Of a stretch of DNA of 64,000 bases, positions 38,058 to 51,396 are shown in pieces; position 1 is the first letter of the stretch, and every line of letters begins with the position of its first letter. The stretch comes from Hydrolagus affinis (lineage: Eukaryota), in the NCBI GenBank assembly GCA_012026655.1, contig JAAILG010000059.1, forward strand, positions 62,001 through 126,000, read 5' to 3'. The notes under the pieces were generated by a model that was not told the DNA's origin, did no database searches, and saw only the letters and a program-made list of their open reading frames with translations. Made by a program: the position numbers and the translations under genes.

Positions 38058-38904
38058 CCGTGCCACACGGCGAGGGAAGTGATGAAGGACAAGAGAACGA
38101 AGGATGATATATCTCCAGGAGTGACAGAATAATTAAGGGACTTCCATCAAAGGCGCAGACATCAAGGGCAAGACTTGATAGCGGTTGGTCTGACTTGCGA
38201 GAGACATTAGGAAACTGTGTCCTTGAGAATTTGTAAAAGACGCTTCTCATTGCTCCTTCAAGGGACATTGAAGACATCAAGGTTTAGTGATTCATGCATT
38301 GCGAAGACTGAAGAAATACCAAATGCTAATATACACACAGAGTCTGCACGGGTATTTTGAAGCAGATTCTAATAATAATATTAATATAGTCCTTGCATTT
38401 GATATAGCGCTTTTCACATCTTCTTGAAGTCTCAAAGCACTTCACAGAATATACTGTAAAGTCAATTGACTGTATATTTATGAGCTGGGAATTGGAAAAT
38501 ATACTTTTGTTTCATTTCTCCTCAGTAAGCATTTGTTCTGCAGTGATTAAATGCCGTTGTAGAAATAGGATTTAAAAAATGAAGCTAGAATTCAAAGAGT
38601 TAAGAGAAACAATTATTACGATTATGATTTATTTGACGTTTTACAGCAACTGTTGTTAATCTCAGAGTGTGCCACTAATTACGAAAGGGTGATCCAGAAC
38701 AGACCATCAGACCAAAGCACTTAATTCAATTACATTTTCACCAGCTTGAAGCATTTCAGTTTTAATTTGTTCTGTATCACCTTCACAAGTTCTTAGAACC
38801 TGTCATTTATAGTCAAATGCGGTGAAAATCAACACGATTAAGTTCCTCGGGTTGTCATTGGGTTGCCACCGATGTCGATTCGTTTTGAAAAGTGATGTCA
38901 GCAG

Positions 38905-39240
38905 TGTAGTTCATGTAATGCCTTTCAGGTCAGGAGGATTTCTCAAAGGGCTTCACGGGGTTAACTGGGAAGTGTAGCGACTACCGGTATGTACTTGTGG
39001 CTGAACGTGACAGCCCTTTTGCGCACAGCAGTGTCCCACAAACAGCCATGAAACGAATCTCAAATTTTATTGGGGGGAATTGTTGGCCGGGATACACAGA
39101 GAAACTCCTTTCTTTTTTCTCGAATAACACCCAAGGGATCTTTAACATTCACCTGAACAGGCTGATAAGATCTCAGTTTAACATTTCATCCAAAGGACCT
39201 CCAATAGTGCAAACCTCTCCCTCATCTGGAGTTACAGGCG
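38905..39240 (-). mobile_element. Old SacSINE1-like Deu-SINE
   Basis: GCGCACAGCAGTGTCCCACAAACAGC...TTGGCCGGGATACACAGAGAAACTCC...GGGATCTTTAACATTCACCTGA...GTTTAACATTTCATCCAAAGGAC. Confidence 0.75.
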
Positions 39241-39932
39241 AGATTATTATATCTCTCTAACCTCCTCTCTCCTCACAGCAGTACCCGCTGCCTCCACTCT
39301 ACTGGGTCTCACCCCCTCCTTTTCCATTTTCAGGTCGCGCCTGAAGATCTTTCTGTTCGACCGCGCCTACGGTCACGTTCCCCCCACTAAGGATAAAGGC
39401 CATCTTGCGGTTAATAATAAAGTTGCATTGTGCTTCGGATTTTATTATTATCATTATTTTAGCAATGAGACAAGACTGACAGTAGGTGTCACTAAAGTAT
39501 CAGAAATAAGTGAATCTTGCGAGTCACCAGCAATAAACAATTCAAATATTGGGGTCATTTGAATTGTCTGTTTTTTAATGTACCATCGTGTTCTTATTTT
39601 TTTTTAACCTTCAAACAATTTTAAATATCAGGCAGAAAAAAGAACATTTGCATGGGAATAAACCGTTTTTTGTCCTGGATCTATTTTCATTGAAATGAAT
39701 GTGGCAAATTTGTAATTGCAATTGAAAATTAAAGCACTGAATAGAAAAAAACATAGTAACCTATGAATGTGCAAAACATTCATCTGTTGTGTTTTGTATC
39801 ATTGATGGACACGGCAGATTAACTATTAAACTCCAAAGCACTCGATGAATTAACCATGAGTACAGTATTTAAATCGGAAACGTTTAATGGCAGAAAAGCA
39901 AACCTGATGATTCGACTGATAAGGTATACTGT

Positions 39933-40248
39933 AATAATAATAATCCTTGCATTTCATATAGTGCTTGTCACATCTTCTAGACATCTCAAAGCGCTTCACG
40001 GAATATACTATAAAGTGAATTGACTGCATATTTGTGGGCGAAACACGGCAGTCAATTGCGCACAGCAGTGTCCCACAAACAGTTGTGGATTGAAATGACT
40101 AATTTTATTATTGTGTTTGTTTTTAGGGATTGTTATTAGGCGTGTGGAGTAAGGAAACTTGCCCAACGTTTCGCTCTGACCTGCCTGGATTTGAACATAG
40201 GTCTCATGCTTGTAAGGCGAGTACTCCAACCACTGAGCAACAGGACTC
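39933..40248 (-). mobile_element. Full-length tRNA/Deu/L2-tail SINE, head type B
   Basis: Complete reverse-complement match from head to (TAT)n tail. Confidence 0.92.
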
Positions 40249-41679
40249 TAAGGAGAAGGTTTATGTGCAAGTTCATCGGTGTATACATCTCAATTTCAGA
40301 ATGATAGTTCATTCTGTAAGATAAGTCAAAGCAACTTTGCATCAGAAGGTTGAGAATTGAAGCCACAAATCAAGACTTTGAACTCACAAGTCTGGACTGA
40401 CATTCCAGTACTATGCTGTGGTTGAAGTGCCATCCTTCAGATGTATCAGAAATAATGCCCAAGTCCCAACCCTGTGTCCATCAGAAATCTGATGTTGTCT
40501 TGATTCTATCTCCCAATTGTTCACTAGCTTTGACAGGGTTGCAGAACCGAACCAAGACTTCTGATTAACTCACTGGTGAAATGCTCTGCGGTAGTTAGGA
40601 CATTAATGTCTGGTTTCAGCAATAATGTGAAAAATTATCTTAGAATAGGGAGATGGTTAAATTTAGCCTGCTTGCCTTCACATTAACGCAATGTATTATT
40701 TCCCTACAAGACAGCATTTATTATATTGGTAACTGCCCTTCTGAGCACTTCCACTTCCCTTGGGCTACCATATCAGCTGTAAACAGTAAACAGTTGGCAA
40801 CGCTCACACAATTATAAATAGGATTTATGGCTACACAAAAGTGTAAAAAAGTCTCCTGTCCACTCCAGGCAATGAACAATTTAGTGATTGAAAAAAAAGA
40901 CCAGCCTTGGCTTTGTGATGCAAACAGGATTGAGACCTGGACATTATTTCTGAAAGCTTTATTGTAGTTTCTAATCGCTGATTGCGTTGCGTCTCAAGAA
41001 AATCCAATATCGAGCAAGATGTGGCAATTGTCATCCATGGGAAACTATTAGAAGTTATCCATTCCTATTTTTAATGAGTCTTTGTATGGCATTACTGAAG
41101 GCAGCTTGAGAATATGTGTCCAGGTATTAATTGGGATCAAGCTGTGTGTGATCATGGCAGAATGCTTCAACACTGTTTACCGTTACCTCAGATTGCATGC
41201 AGAGGATCATTATACATCACTGCGTAGAGAGATGTCAGCCTGGTTTTAGTTTACAACATATCTCAGCCGTGAACATTTAAATTAAAATCGAAAACGTTAG
41301 CTGGGATAGCAGCAATGCCTTGACAACTTGAATGATTTAGATATCAACACTACTTCAACAAATAGAGCTGGAAAATATATTCGAGCACCATTTTTGACAT
41401 CTGAAAATATGTTTCTCTCTCTCACATCCTCTGCGGCAGTAAACACAATTGAGGTTCGGTTTGACTGGTATCATCCACTCTCCAACACTTCACCCAAACA
41501 ATTATTATTCACATGGAAGTCTTGTCAAAACACATCAGCTGGCTGGTTGACTATCGGTGAAGAGGGAGAGAGGTGGATTGGGGGGGGTCAAAACCATAGC
41601 CAATTCCAATCCTTCACTCAGTGCGATCCACATATATGCTGGTTCTAGCAGATTCATATCACTGGACACCCATCAGGAA

Positions 41680-41818
41680 TATAATAGTAATAATCCTTGC
41701 ATTCAATATAGAGCCTGATCACGTCTTCGAGACGTCTCAAAACGCTTCACAGAATATACTGTAAAGTGAGTTGACCGCATATTTTGTGGGTGAAACGCGG
41801 CAGCCAATTTACGCACAA
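41680..41818 (-). mobile_element. SINE 3' part
   Basis: Tail plus GAAACGCGGCAGCCAATT Deu motif. Confidence 0.85.
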
Positions 41819-43811
41819 CAAACACTGCTCAGACTCTCACGGGAAAAAACAAAATGGTAACTTAACTACACAACATGAATTGGATCAAATGGTTAACACA
41901 TTTTAAAAATCTCTCTCAAATGCTGGAGAAAATATCCTCTGTATGGACACCAGGCATTTAGTTTGAGTGTTCAGTTCAGTTCATTTAGTTTGAGTTTTTA
42001 GTTACGTCCCAAGTTCATCAGCAATAACTTTTTTTGTTTAAAACATAAAACACATTTCTACAAGTGCAACTGTTAGTGTTTGAGGGATCGTGAGCACTTC
42101 TGTTATTATAATAATAATCCTTGTATTTGTTCTAGCTCCTTATTACGTGATCAAAATGTCTCATAGATCCATACAGGATTTTACTGTGAAGTGTTTCCAA
42201 TGCAATACAGTATTGTATAATAATTTGTAACTTCCCACCCGTTCTTGCATGGCTGCACACTGTGGAAGTAATTCATGTATATAGATAGTTAGATATGAAA
42301 TATGTTGAGTAACCTTCTCATCAAGACAAATCACAAGAGTGATTTAACACAAATATCACACTTTTTTTTTATTGCTGCTACAATTGCTTGGCCTTGTCGG
42401 GAACAAAACATTTTTTTGCACAGAATTTTATTGAAATGCCCAATGTAGAGTATTCTGGCAATTTTCCATTTCAAGCATAATCCCATGTGGAATATTAGCT
42501 TTCGAACAGCACTTTCGATGTGCCCTAATAACATGAGTTAACACCAAGGCCGTTAGCACAGTTTTGACTGTGCTCAAGAATGCACTTTACCTACACAAAC
42601 TGTAGCTACTTTCTGATGATGCTCCATTCTATTGTGTTTAAGTAGGTTTATTTGGTGCAGAAACATATGTGCATTTCCGGACACAGAAATATGTGTTATT
42701 CTACACTGCATGCCACATCCTCTCAGTATTGCTTTTGAAAATGAACTAGCATTAAAATAGTGCGAGTCTCATGACGTTATAGTATTCTCCTTTAAATGTA
42801 ACATTGCTATCTTTTTGTTGATCGTTCAAAACCTGAGAGCAGAGTCTTATATTAAATTAATGCATGTAATTTAATTGCGTGGTTCTGTAGCTGGTTACTT
42901 TCATGTTTTTTGATGTCATCGGAACTAGCCATTAAAATTACACTGGCTTGTAACTCAATACCAGGCATCTCGTATCCTGCTTGTAATTCCCCGAATGAAA
43001 TTGACTGGGAAGGTCCTTGAGGAACCAATAAAATGCAAGAAACATTAGCAGCAAATATCCCATGCAGAAACAAAAAAGTGTACAGCAGCAGAGAGAGAAT
43101 GTAGCAATCAACACAAAACTATATTAAGGCAAATTAGACAATACAATTCAATGCATAAAGAGCATTGACTAAAACATAATGAAGTAGCCCATTTTACTTT
43201 TGAGCCCCATAAAGATTAAAATCTAGGATTATGTGTGTTATCACTTTGGAAAGATAATTGCAAACTGTTTGAGTGTATAAACATTTCAATTTCTTCAACA
43301 AGGTATAGCCTGGAAATTTTTATATTTCAGATTGCTTGTATATTTGGATATATAATAATATAAATATAATAATATTATTTATCATTATTATATTTGGATA
43401 TACTACATGATGTACAATTATAGATCGTTTTGCATATAACTCCAAACTTTAGAATCTAATAGACCAGCAAAGACATTGGTGCCATTTGGCGTTTGATTTG
43501 GTTCTGTCTTTCTCTAGGGAGATGGAGGAGAAATTAATCAGTCCTCCAGACAGGAGTCTAAGAGGATGCTTATAGATGCCGCTCATTAAATAGGCACTGT
43601 TTCACTTTGTGTTAATAAACTCTGTTTACTTCTCCAACCAAAGGGGGTGGTATGATTTACCAATGTTAACAATCCTTCTCAGAAACTATCTGAGTCACCG
43701 CATGTGAGATGATGGGAAATTCGTACTCCTGTGAATAGCTTGTTGCAATGGGACCAGTATTAATAACAAATTTTTAAAATGTGCTCTCTTAAGAATGTTA
43801 ACTTGCATGTC

Positions 43812-44131
43812 AATAATGATAATAATCCTTGCATTTGATATTGCATTTTTCACATCTTCTAGATGTTGCAGAGTGCTTCACAGAAAATATTCTAAAGTGA
43901 ATTGACTGTATACTTGTGGGCGAAACGCAGCAGCCAATTGCGCACAGCAGTGTCACACAAACAGTCATGGATTGAGTGACCAAATTATTATTGTTTTTCT
44001 TTCTTGAGGGATCATTATCAAGCGTTTGGAGTAAGGAAACTTGTCCAAGGTTTTGCCCTGACCTGCCTAGATTCGAACACAGATCTCACGCTTGTAAGAC
44101 TAGTGCTCTAAGTACTGAGCTACAAGACTCC
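43812..44131 (-). mobile_element. Full-length tRNA/Deu/L2-tail SINE, head type B
   Basis: Complete family match; a further tail copy follows at 44175-44290. Confidence 0.92.
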
Positions 44132-45924
44132 ACACAGTCAGACAATTCATAGAATATTTTTGGTAGTCTCAAGTAATAATAATAATAATAATCTTAGCAT
44201 TTGATAGAGTGTCTTATCACCTCGTCAAGGCATCTCAAAGCGCTTCACAGAACATAATGTAAAGTGAATTGACTGTACATTTTGTGGACAAATTTTCCAT
44301 AATTTCTAGATACATCGTTACCAATCATGCTGCTGCTTCATTGTTGCTGTACTAATTATCACGATTGTGTACACTGCCAGAAAATATAAATTAGTATGAA
44401 CTCAGTATCAGTCAAAAAAATTGCAGGAAGAAAGGCAACTGTCATGCTTCAAATGGTATATGTATACTCAGTTTTCATTCACTTTCTCACACACATATTC
44501 ACAGTCCTTTAGTCCATTTGTCTCTGTCTCTGTCTCTAGGTCTACCCTATTAAACCAGGTTGAACACGGCACGGAAATTAGCTTGAATTTATTGACTCTG
44601 TTCTGATGTGCCACAACTGTGTCCTGCACTCCATCTAATCTACAGGGAGAGTTATATTGAATACATAAGTTCAATGTGGGATGTAAGGCTGTTACATATT
44701 CAATGCAGTTTACCCATTCCAAACACGCAATTATTGGTGAAGAATTCTTATAAAATTATGCTCCAACATTTAAGTGAACTAAAAGAATTGAAATTTGATT
44801 TTTCTGGATGATGAATTACTGTTTATCTACTGTAACTGTACCTACTCAGTTGCTCTGGAAAGTTTATAGGCAGAGTTAGAGTCTGTCTGCAAAAAAGCAT
44901 GGGAGTCCAAGGGGTCTGGAAATGATGAGGGTTTATGGCTGTGGTGATCAAGGTTAGAGCATATTGAAGCAAACGTTGGCACAAGTCTCAGGAGATAACT
45001 TTAGATTTCCAGTTTCTTCAGAGACTGTCCAGTGTAAACTTGGTCTCACTCAATTAAATAGTCTGGCAGGTATCTGCAGCCCGGGTACATAGAGCGCTGG
45101 TATTTCTGTGAACAAATTTACAATGGAGAGAGCCATAAAACTGCCTTTCTCATAGATCACAGGACAGTTTATTTGCCAAACTGGTACTGCTGCTGAATCC
45201 TGTTAACATCAACACTGAGTAAATCACTGAAAGAATGCAGTGGGACCCTTAACTGCAGACAGTCTTATGTGAAGTCAATGAATATCTGAACAGGGAAAGT
45301 GATAGGTGAGTTATTGTTTCTCATTGCAATAACGTTACAGAGGACATCGTTTCTGATGCCTTATCTGTCTTGTCACAGCTATGTTATAGTTCTTTCATGT
45401 TATTGTAGCATATAGAGTGACAAAAACCATCCTGAGGAACTAATATTAATGTTTTGCAAACTCCTTTCAATGCACATTAAAATGAACTAATCTATCATAT
45501 TTATTGTAAACTGATTGAATGCAAAAATGGAAGCTCAACTACGCTAATCTTTGAGATGGCACACAAAGCATTCAGACTGGGCACTCTGAACATCAGTCAA
45601 AAATCCCTTTGCAGTATTTTTATTTTATATACACTCGCAAATCATCAGGACAGGTTTCGCCTCTTATGGTGCGCTTTAAGATATTGTTGAAATTGTTGAT
45701 TTAAGAAAAAGTTTCTGGACTGATATTAAGAGGCTTTTTAAAAAAAATTAGAAATGTTCTATTTTCTGGTTCAAATCAAAAGGAATCATAATATAAAATA
45801 GTAGTAATTCTCCCATTTGATTCTCACCACATTGTCAAGACAAAGGGAGTCACAGATTTTTTGGGGACTGTGAATAGTTTCTGTGTATTTGAAGACAAAC
45901 ACAGAGCCAATTTACACTCAGCAA

Positions 45925-46225
45925 TGTTGCACAAACAGCCATAAAGTGAATGACCAATTTTATCGGTAGGATTCCTGGCCAGGACGCTATGCGGAAGTCC
46001 CTTCTATTCTTGAATAATGCCATGGAATCTTAAACTTCCACCTGGGCAGGTAGGGCCTCGGTTTAACCGCTCAACAAAATCAACTAGTGTACAAAATTAC
46101 ATTTCTATAGCGCCTTTCATGTTAGGAGGACGTCCCAAGGCGCTGAAATCTCCATCAAAAGGCGGCACCACTGACAATGCAGAGCACCACGCTGGAGTGG
46201 CAGCTTAGGCTGTGAGTTCAACTGA
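45925..46225 (-). mobile_element. Old Deu-SINE interrupted by an L2 tail (about 46078-46145)
   Basis: CACAAACAGCC...GGCCAGGAC...GCCATGGAATCTT...CCACCTG...GGCCTCGGTTTAAC | L2 tail | TCTCCATCAAAAGGCGGCACC. Confidence 0.75.
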
Positions 46226-47154
46226 GTGACTTTTGAAGGAAGCCTTCCACTTATTTTGTAAATCTTTTAAATATGTCAAGACAGGGTGTATCAGCTCATA
46301 CACTGAACATGATTACTGCTCTTGACTTAAAATAATTCATCACCATTGATTAGTAGCAAATGATAATTGTCCATAAAAAGGATCGGAAGATAAAATATTC
46401 CATTGCTTAAGATCTGCCAAGATAATTGGTACAAACATATCAATATTCATCATTAAAATGATTCCTCTTTCCAAGGTTTGCATTGAATTATCACTACAAC
46501 TTTTCAGGGGTGACTTGAAAAGGGGGCAAGGTGGAGGAATTGAGGGAGAATGTTCCACAGTTTCAGGGCATAGTGGCTGACGAATATTTACACTTTGAAC
46601 CACACACTCTGTTCATTCATGTTGGAACACTATATATATCAATTTTTCAAAGCAACCGTTATGACTGATTACATTTTTGCTTGCACTTTAAGTTGATCAA
46701 GACCCTTTGTGGTAATGCATATGGAAACCAAATAGCTTGGATTCAATTTAAGGCTGTTTAATTGTTCTCTTTCTCTCATGTTACTCTATTTAGCTGGCTA
46801 TCTACAGCACAATTTGCATTGTTAATGAAGACATTTTAATTATTTAGTCATTACATTGCTCACCCAGGAGTCTGATTAGCTGAGTTTGAACCATCTGTAT
46901 TGTGATGTTACCTGCTATAAATATACAGCAAGGATAGACAACTACACTTAGGAGAGAACCAGTTTATCTTTCATATCTGCTCATAATTGTTCATTTACAT
47001 CACAGATCAACTTTGACCTTTTGAGATGGTAAAGTCCTGGTAACTCACCATTCCAAGAGAACAACAACAAAATGACACTTTTATAGCCCCTTTCACATCA
47101 GAACGATGTCCCAAGACGCTGAAAGTGTCTTATTGACAAGTTATCAGGAGTGGC

Positions 47155-47470
47155 GAATCAAGTCAAGGCGAAACCTTGGGCAAGTTTCCTTACTCCACAT
47201 GTCCGATATTAATCCTTTAAAAAAAACCACAATAATTAATTGGTCATTTCAATCCACGACTGTTTGTGGGACACTGCTGTGCGCAATTGGCTGCCGTGTT
47301 TTGCCCACAAATATATAGTTAATTCAGTTTACGGTATATTCTGTGAAGTGCTTTGAGACGTCTAGAAGACGTGAAAAGTGCAATAATAATAATAATCCTT
47401 GCATTTGATATAGCGCTTTTCACATCTTATCTATATCTCTATCAAATGCAAGGATTATTATTATTATTTG
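47155..47470 (+). mobile_element. Headless SINE with an inverted tail fragment in its tail
   Basis: Body at 47155-47382, a minus-strand tail fragment at about 47383-47428, then the plus-strand tail resumes (CTATCAAATGCAAGGATTATT). Confidence 0.8.
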
Positions 47471-47547
47471 AGACAGATCATGGTTAGCCTTCACACTGCC
47501 CTCCATCTGCTTCCAGAACTGCACCTTCAGACACCAACATTGAAATG

Positions 47548-47623
47548 CACTCACTTACTCACTCACTCACGCACGCACGCACGCACTCACACACGCACGA
47601 ACTCACTCACTCAATGACTCACT
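47548..47623. repeat. (CACT)n/(CACG)n microsatellite
   Basis: Directly visible tandem tetramers. Confidence 0.85.
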
Positions 47624-48961
47624 CTGTTTGTCATCTTCAAATGGCCCTCATATCCCAAAGAATTCCTGCTTTGCTTGAAGTTGTAGGCAATTAATGCAGA
47701 GGTGATGGTACTACTAGATAATACAATGCTTTAGAAGCCAGCTAAGCCTCTGAGATAACAGCAGTCGAGACCAGAAGAACATACACAACACTATATTGAC
47801 AAAGCAGATCACAATGGGTGACAAGCAAATTTCCTCACAGTCCAATCATGTTGTAATAGATGACAGGTTGACTGTTAGTGGAACATACCACCACTGAGAT
47901 ATAATGGGGCTTGGAGGGGGTGGGGGGTTGAGACAGCATAGCTGCTATCTCTCAGATGGATTCCATTCTCATGGATGGATTTCATTCTCCTTCATTGTTG
48001 GTAGTGAACATTTCAAAGAAATAGGCTGCAGTTAATAATAGGGGAATGCTTGAGGGATTTCATAAATGTGCACTCATCTCTCTTTGGGTATGTCATTGCC
48101 ACCTACGAGAAGCTAATCTCCACCAGTAGTGGTTTGCACAAAGCTATTAAGTGACAAATTACTGGCGCTCACACCAGCACAAATCACACCACACATCCAG
48201 TGCTTAATGTTCTTCGCATCTCCTCTTTAATTTGTAGAATAACACCTGCAATTGGAATTGAAGAGTTTTTCTAAATAGAGACCTCTCAACTCAACTCTGC
48301 TTTATTTTCAACGAATTGTTAGTTACATTTGATTGCTAGAGGATGGACAGTTAAGGACAGTGATTGATGCTGGTAGGGTGAGTACTGTTTAGCTTCTGAA
48401 AGCAAGGCTTCACACAGACTATAACTCTGTACTCCATCTGAGTAGAGCCAAACATGCGCTGGGAAGGATCACTGGGTCGGAAGGGGACAAACCATTTGTT
48501 TATTTGGTCTGGTTTCTCTTGTAGTTCCACAGGCACATATTTAGGGATATGTGTTTTTCATTGACCTGGAACATGTAAAGCAGGAATGCCACAACCTAAC
48601 TAGTCAGGCTTGTCTTTTCCCTTGTCAAGATGTACTCTAATTATTCAACAACGACTTGCATTCATATAGGGGCCCTTCACGCATCTCAGAGAGCTTGAGT
48701 TCCCTACAATACTGCTTGTTTACTACTTATCTTAATTTGATGCCCTCTAGTTACTGATTCACCGATCTGCGGAAGTATTTTATGCTTAATAATTATAAAG
48801 ACATCAGCATTTTAAAGACCTCTATTAGGCCTTGCTCTTTGACCTTGTTTACGGCCACCTCCCCACAAGACCCCTGGCTCAGAGTCAGGCTCCAACACTG
48901 TCAAGTGCTCTGAGATGGTATTTGGCTGTAGACTGTGTATAAGTGCAAGTTGTTGTTGTTG

Positions 48962-49030
48962 CAGGCCAGCCTTCAACCTTCTTTGTTCCAATGAAAGCAG
49001 TCCCATTTCCTCCAGACTCCATTTACATAA
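48962..49030 (-). mobile_element. CR1 ORF2 fragment
   Basis: SLEEMGLLSLEQRRLK matches the CR1 L..LGL.SLE.RRLR motif. Confidence 0.65.
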
Positions 49031-49949
49031 TGCTGATTGCCAAGTCGATCGCAAAGAAAAAAAACAACCGCACACGTAAATATTGACCCTATCACATAAC
49101 AGACCCACAAGAAGCATTTGTCAGAGAATCACATTGATAAGAGTGCCCACCTACGTACAGTACCAACACTACAAACATCACACCACATTGTCAGTGATCA
49201 CTTTTCAGTCAGTACTGTACTTGGATTCCAATAGCAAGCTACACACTGTACTTATATTACATTGTAAAACTACAGTACTGAGCACTGAGCTGGATTTGTG
49301 GCAGGAAGGGGAAGCTAGGGATTGCAAGAAGGGAGACCTGCAAGCTACACTGACCTGTCATTTATACAGTCAGCTTCTCAGTGAGCGCATCTTTGTCAAG
49401 ATTTATCACCTGGATTAAGCAGGTGGTGTTAAGCAAATCTGGTGAGTTGTGTTGAACTTGGAATTCCAGTCACCAAAGTGGCTGACTTGTCACATGCTAT
49501 CTTCTGTAGCTTCTTCCTCCGTGATGAATGCAGGTGTCCGTCAAATAGGTGTTCGTTTTTCACACACAAGAAAATCTCTGTTTCAAGTCTATCGCTTTTC
49601 GCCCACAAATATACAGTCAATTCGCGTCACAGTACTGTATATTCTGTGAAGTGCTTTGAGACACCTAGAAGACGTGAAAAATGTTATATCAAATGCACGA
49701 ATGCTTATTATTACTATTGTCAGGCTGTTGAACATTGTAATGCAAACATGGTAACATGGTAACTTGGAAATAAAAAGAATAATGTTTGCATTTGTTGAAA
49801 CAGAGATGTTTTTCTACAAGCGTAAAACTAAATACTAAACACTATAACCATAATATAACCAATCATTCCCGCGTCCTGTATTAGAGATGAGCAGAGATCT
49901 TAAGTATCGATAGAACAAATTTAAATTCCACATCTTGGGATCAATATTT

Positions 49950-50264
49950 GGAGCTCCTGTAGCTCAGTGGTTAGAGCACTCGCCTTACAAGTGTGAGACC
50001 TATGTTTGAATCCAGGCAGATCAGAGCGAAACCTTGGGCAAGTTTCCTTACTCCACATGCCTAATCCGTCCAAAAAAAAACACAATAATAAAATTGGTAA
50101 TTTCAATCCACGACTGTTTGTGGGACACTGCTGTGTGTAATTTGCTGCCGCGATTCGACCACAAATATATACAGTCAATTCACTTCACAGTACATTCTGT
50201 GAAGCGCTTTGGGACGTCGATAAGATGTGAAAAGTGCTACATTAAAAAATGCAAGGATTATTAT
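49950..50264 (+). mobile_element. Full-length tRNA/Deu/L2-tail SINE, head type B
   Basis: Complete family match. Confidence 0.92.
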
Positions 50265-51224
50265 CAATTGGAAAAAGAATAGGTCAGGTTCGATTCAGAT
50301 CACTTCCTAAGGTAAGAAGAGTGTTGATCCACGTTCAGAGAACCATAAGATCCACAGAAATCTTCAAGACATGTCAAAGCGCTTCATGGGATTCACTGCA
50401 GAGTCAATTGACTGTGCAATTTTGTAGGCGAAAGTTGAATCTGATTTAATAAGCAAGCCAGTTATGGTTGCTAATAACATTTTGCACTCAGTACGAGTAA
50501 TGCAATCGCTGTCTGTTGCATGGCATTAGGCAAGACTGTATTATACACATTTGGTTATAAATTAAAAATTAGCTCACATCGATTCCTGGTATATTTTCAG
50601 ATTACTCGGTTCTCCCATTAAAGATTTATCAGCCTGCTCCAGCCTCATAGAAGGAGCACTGTTTTCCCCCCACAAGCTCTCAACATGCAGGCAGAGTTGA
50701 GTGAAGAAATTACTGTGGAGGCTGATGTGGCCAAAGGACTTGTCGGGAGGATGTCTCAGGATGACCTGGACAGTCCTGAATGTTGGGGGATGGCCTCAAA
50801 CTCCTGGTGGCTGGGAGAGTCAGCGATAAACTGGAGTTTCCCTCGAATTTGATGATGATGATGAGGAGGAGGATGATAAGGATGGACACAGTCATTCGGT
50901 ATTTGCTTGTGTTAGTGTGGAGTTGTGGCCACACCCTAACGTTTCCCTGAGTGTAAGGAAGTCAACTCTTTGATTGGATTTGGGGGGATATTGGCTGACA
51001 GTCTGTGTGAATGTCTAGGGAACGCTGATCCCAAGTTGTTTCGTTCTCTCTCTCTCTTTTATTTCTTTATCTTTTTTTCTTTCTCCCTCCCTCCTTCAAT
51101 GCTGTCATTAAAACACACTTGATTTAACTAAACGTCAGACAGAGAGAGAGAGAGAGAAAGAGAGAGAGAGTGAGCGAGCTCAAAGTGTCTTTTCCTTCGG
51201 TTTGAAAGCCTCTGTGCTTGTGCA

Positions 51225-51396
51225 ATGGATGTTGAACTTCACGATTTAAAGCCAGAGAAGATCGATTATAGATCTGCCTCCAAGACAGAATTAGCAATCG
51301 CCCAACCCAGTGGTTTAGGGCATTCAGCAAATAATGATGGGGATGATCTTCGTCCTGGGTTTCAGTCCATATCAACATCGAGATCAGTCCCTTTTG
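51225..51396 (+). CDS. Candidate first coding exon of an unidentified plus-strand gene (MDVELHDLKPEKIDYRSASKTELAIAQPSGLGHSANNDGDDLRPGFQSISTSRSVPF), phase-1 end
   Basis: gcaATGG is a good Kozak context. 57 open codons of protein-like composition end at a consensus donor G|gtgagt. (CT)n and (GA)n tracts lie upstream. No downstream exon was confidently found in the window. Confidence 0.65.

Noticed and set aside
37859-38107. Plus-strand poly-Q and poly-S ORFs, and minus-strand poly-C and poly-A ORFs
   Set aside because: Alternative frames of the H2B relic's CTG run. Only the stitched minus-strand reading matches a known protein.
50759-50937. Possible hAT MITE (AGGATGACC...GGCCACACCCT)
   Set aside because: The TIR match is too poor and no 8-bp TSD was seen.
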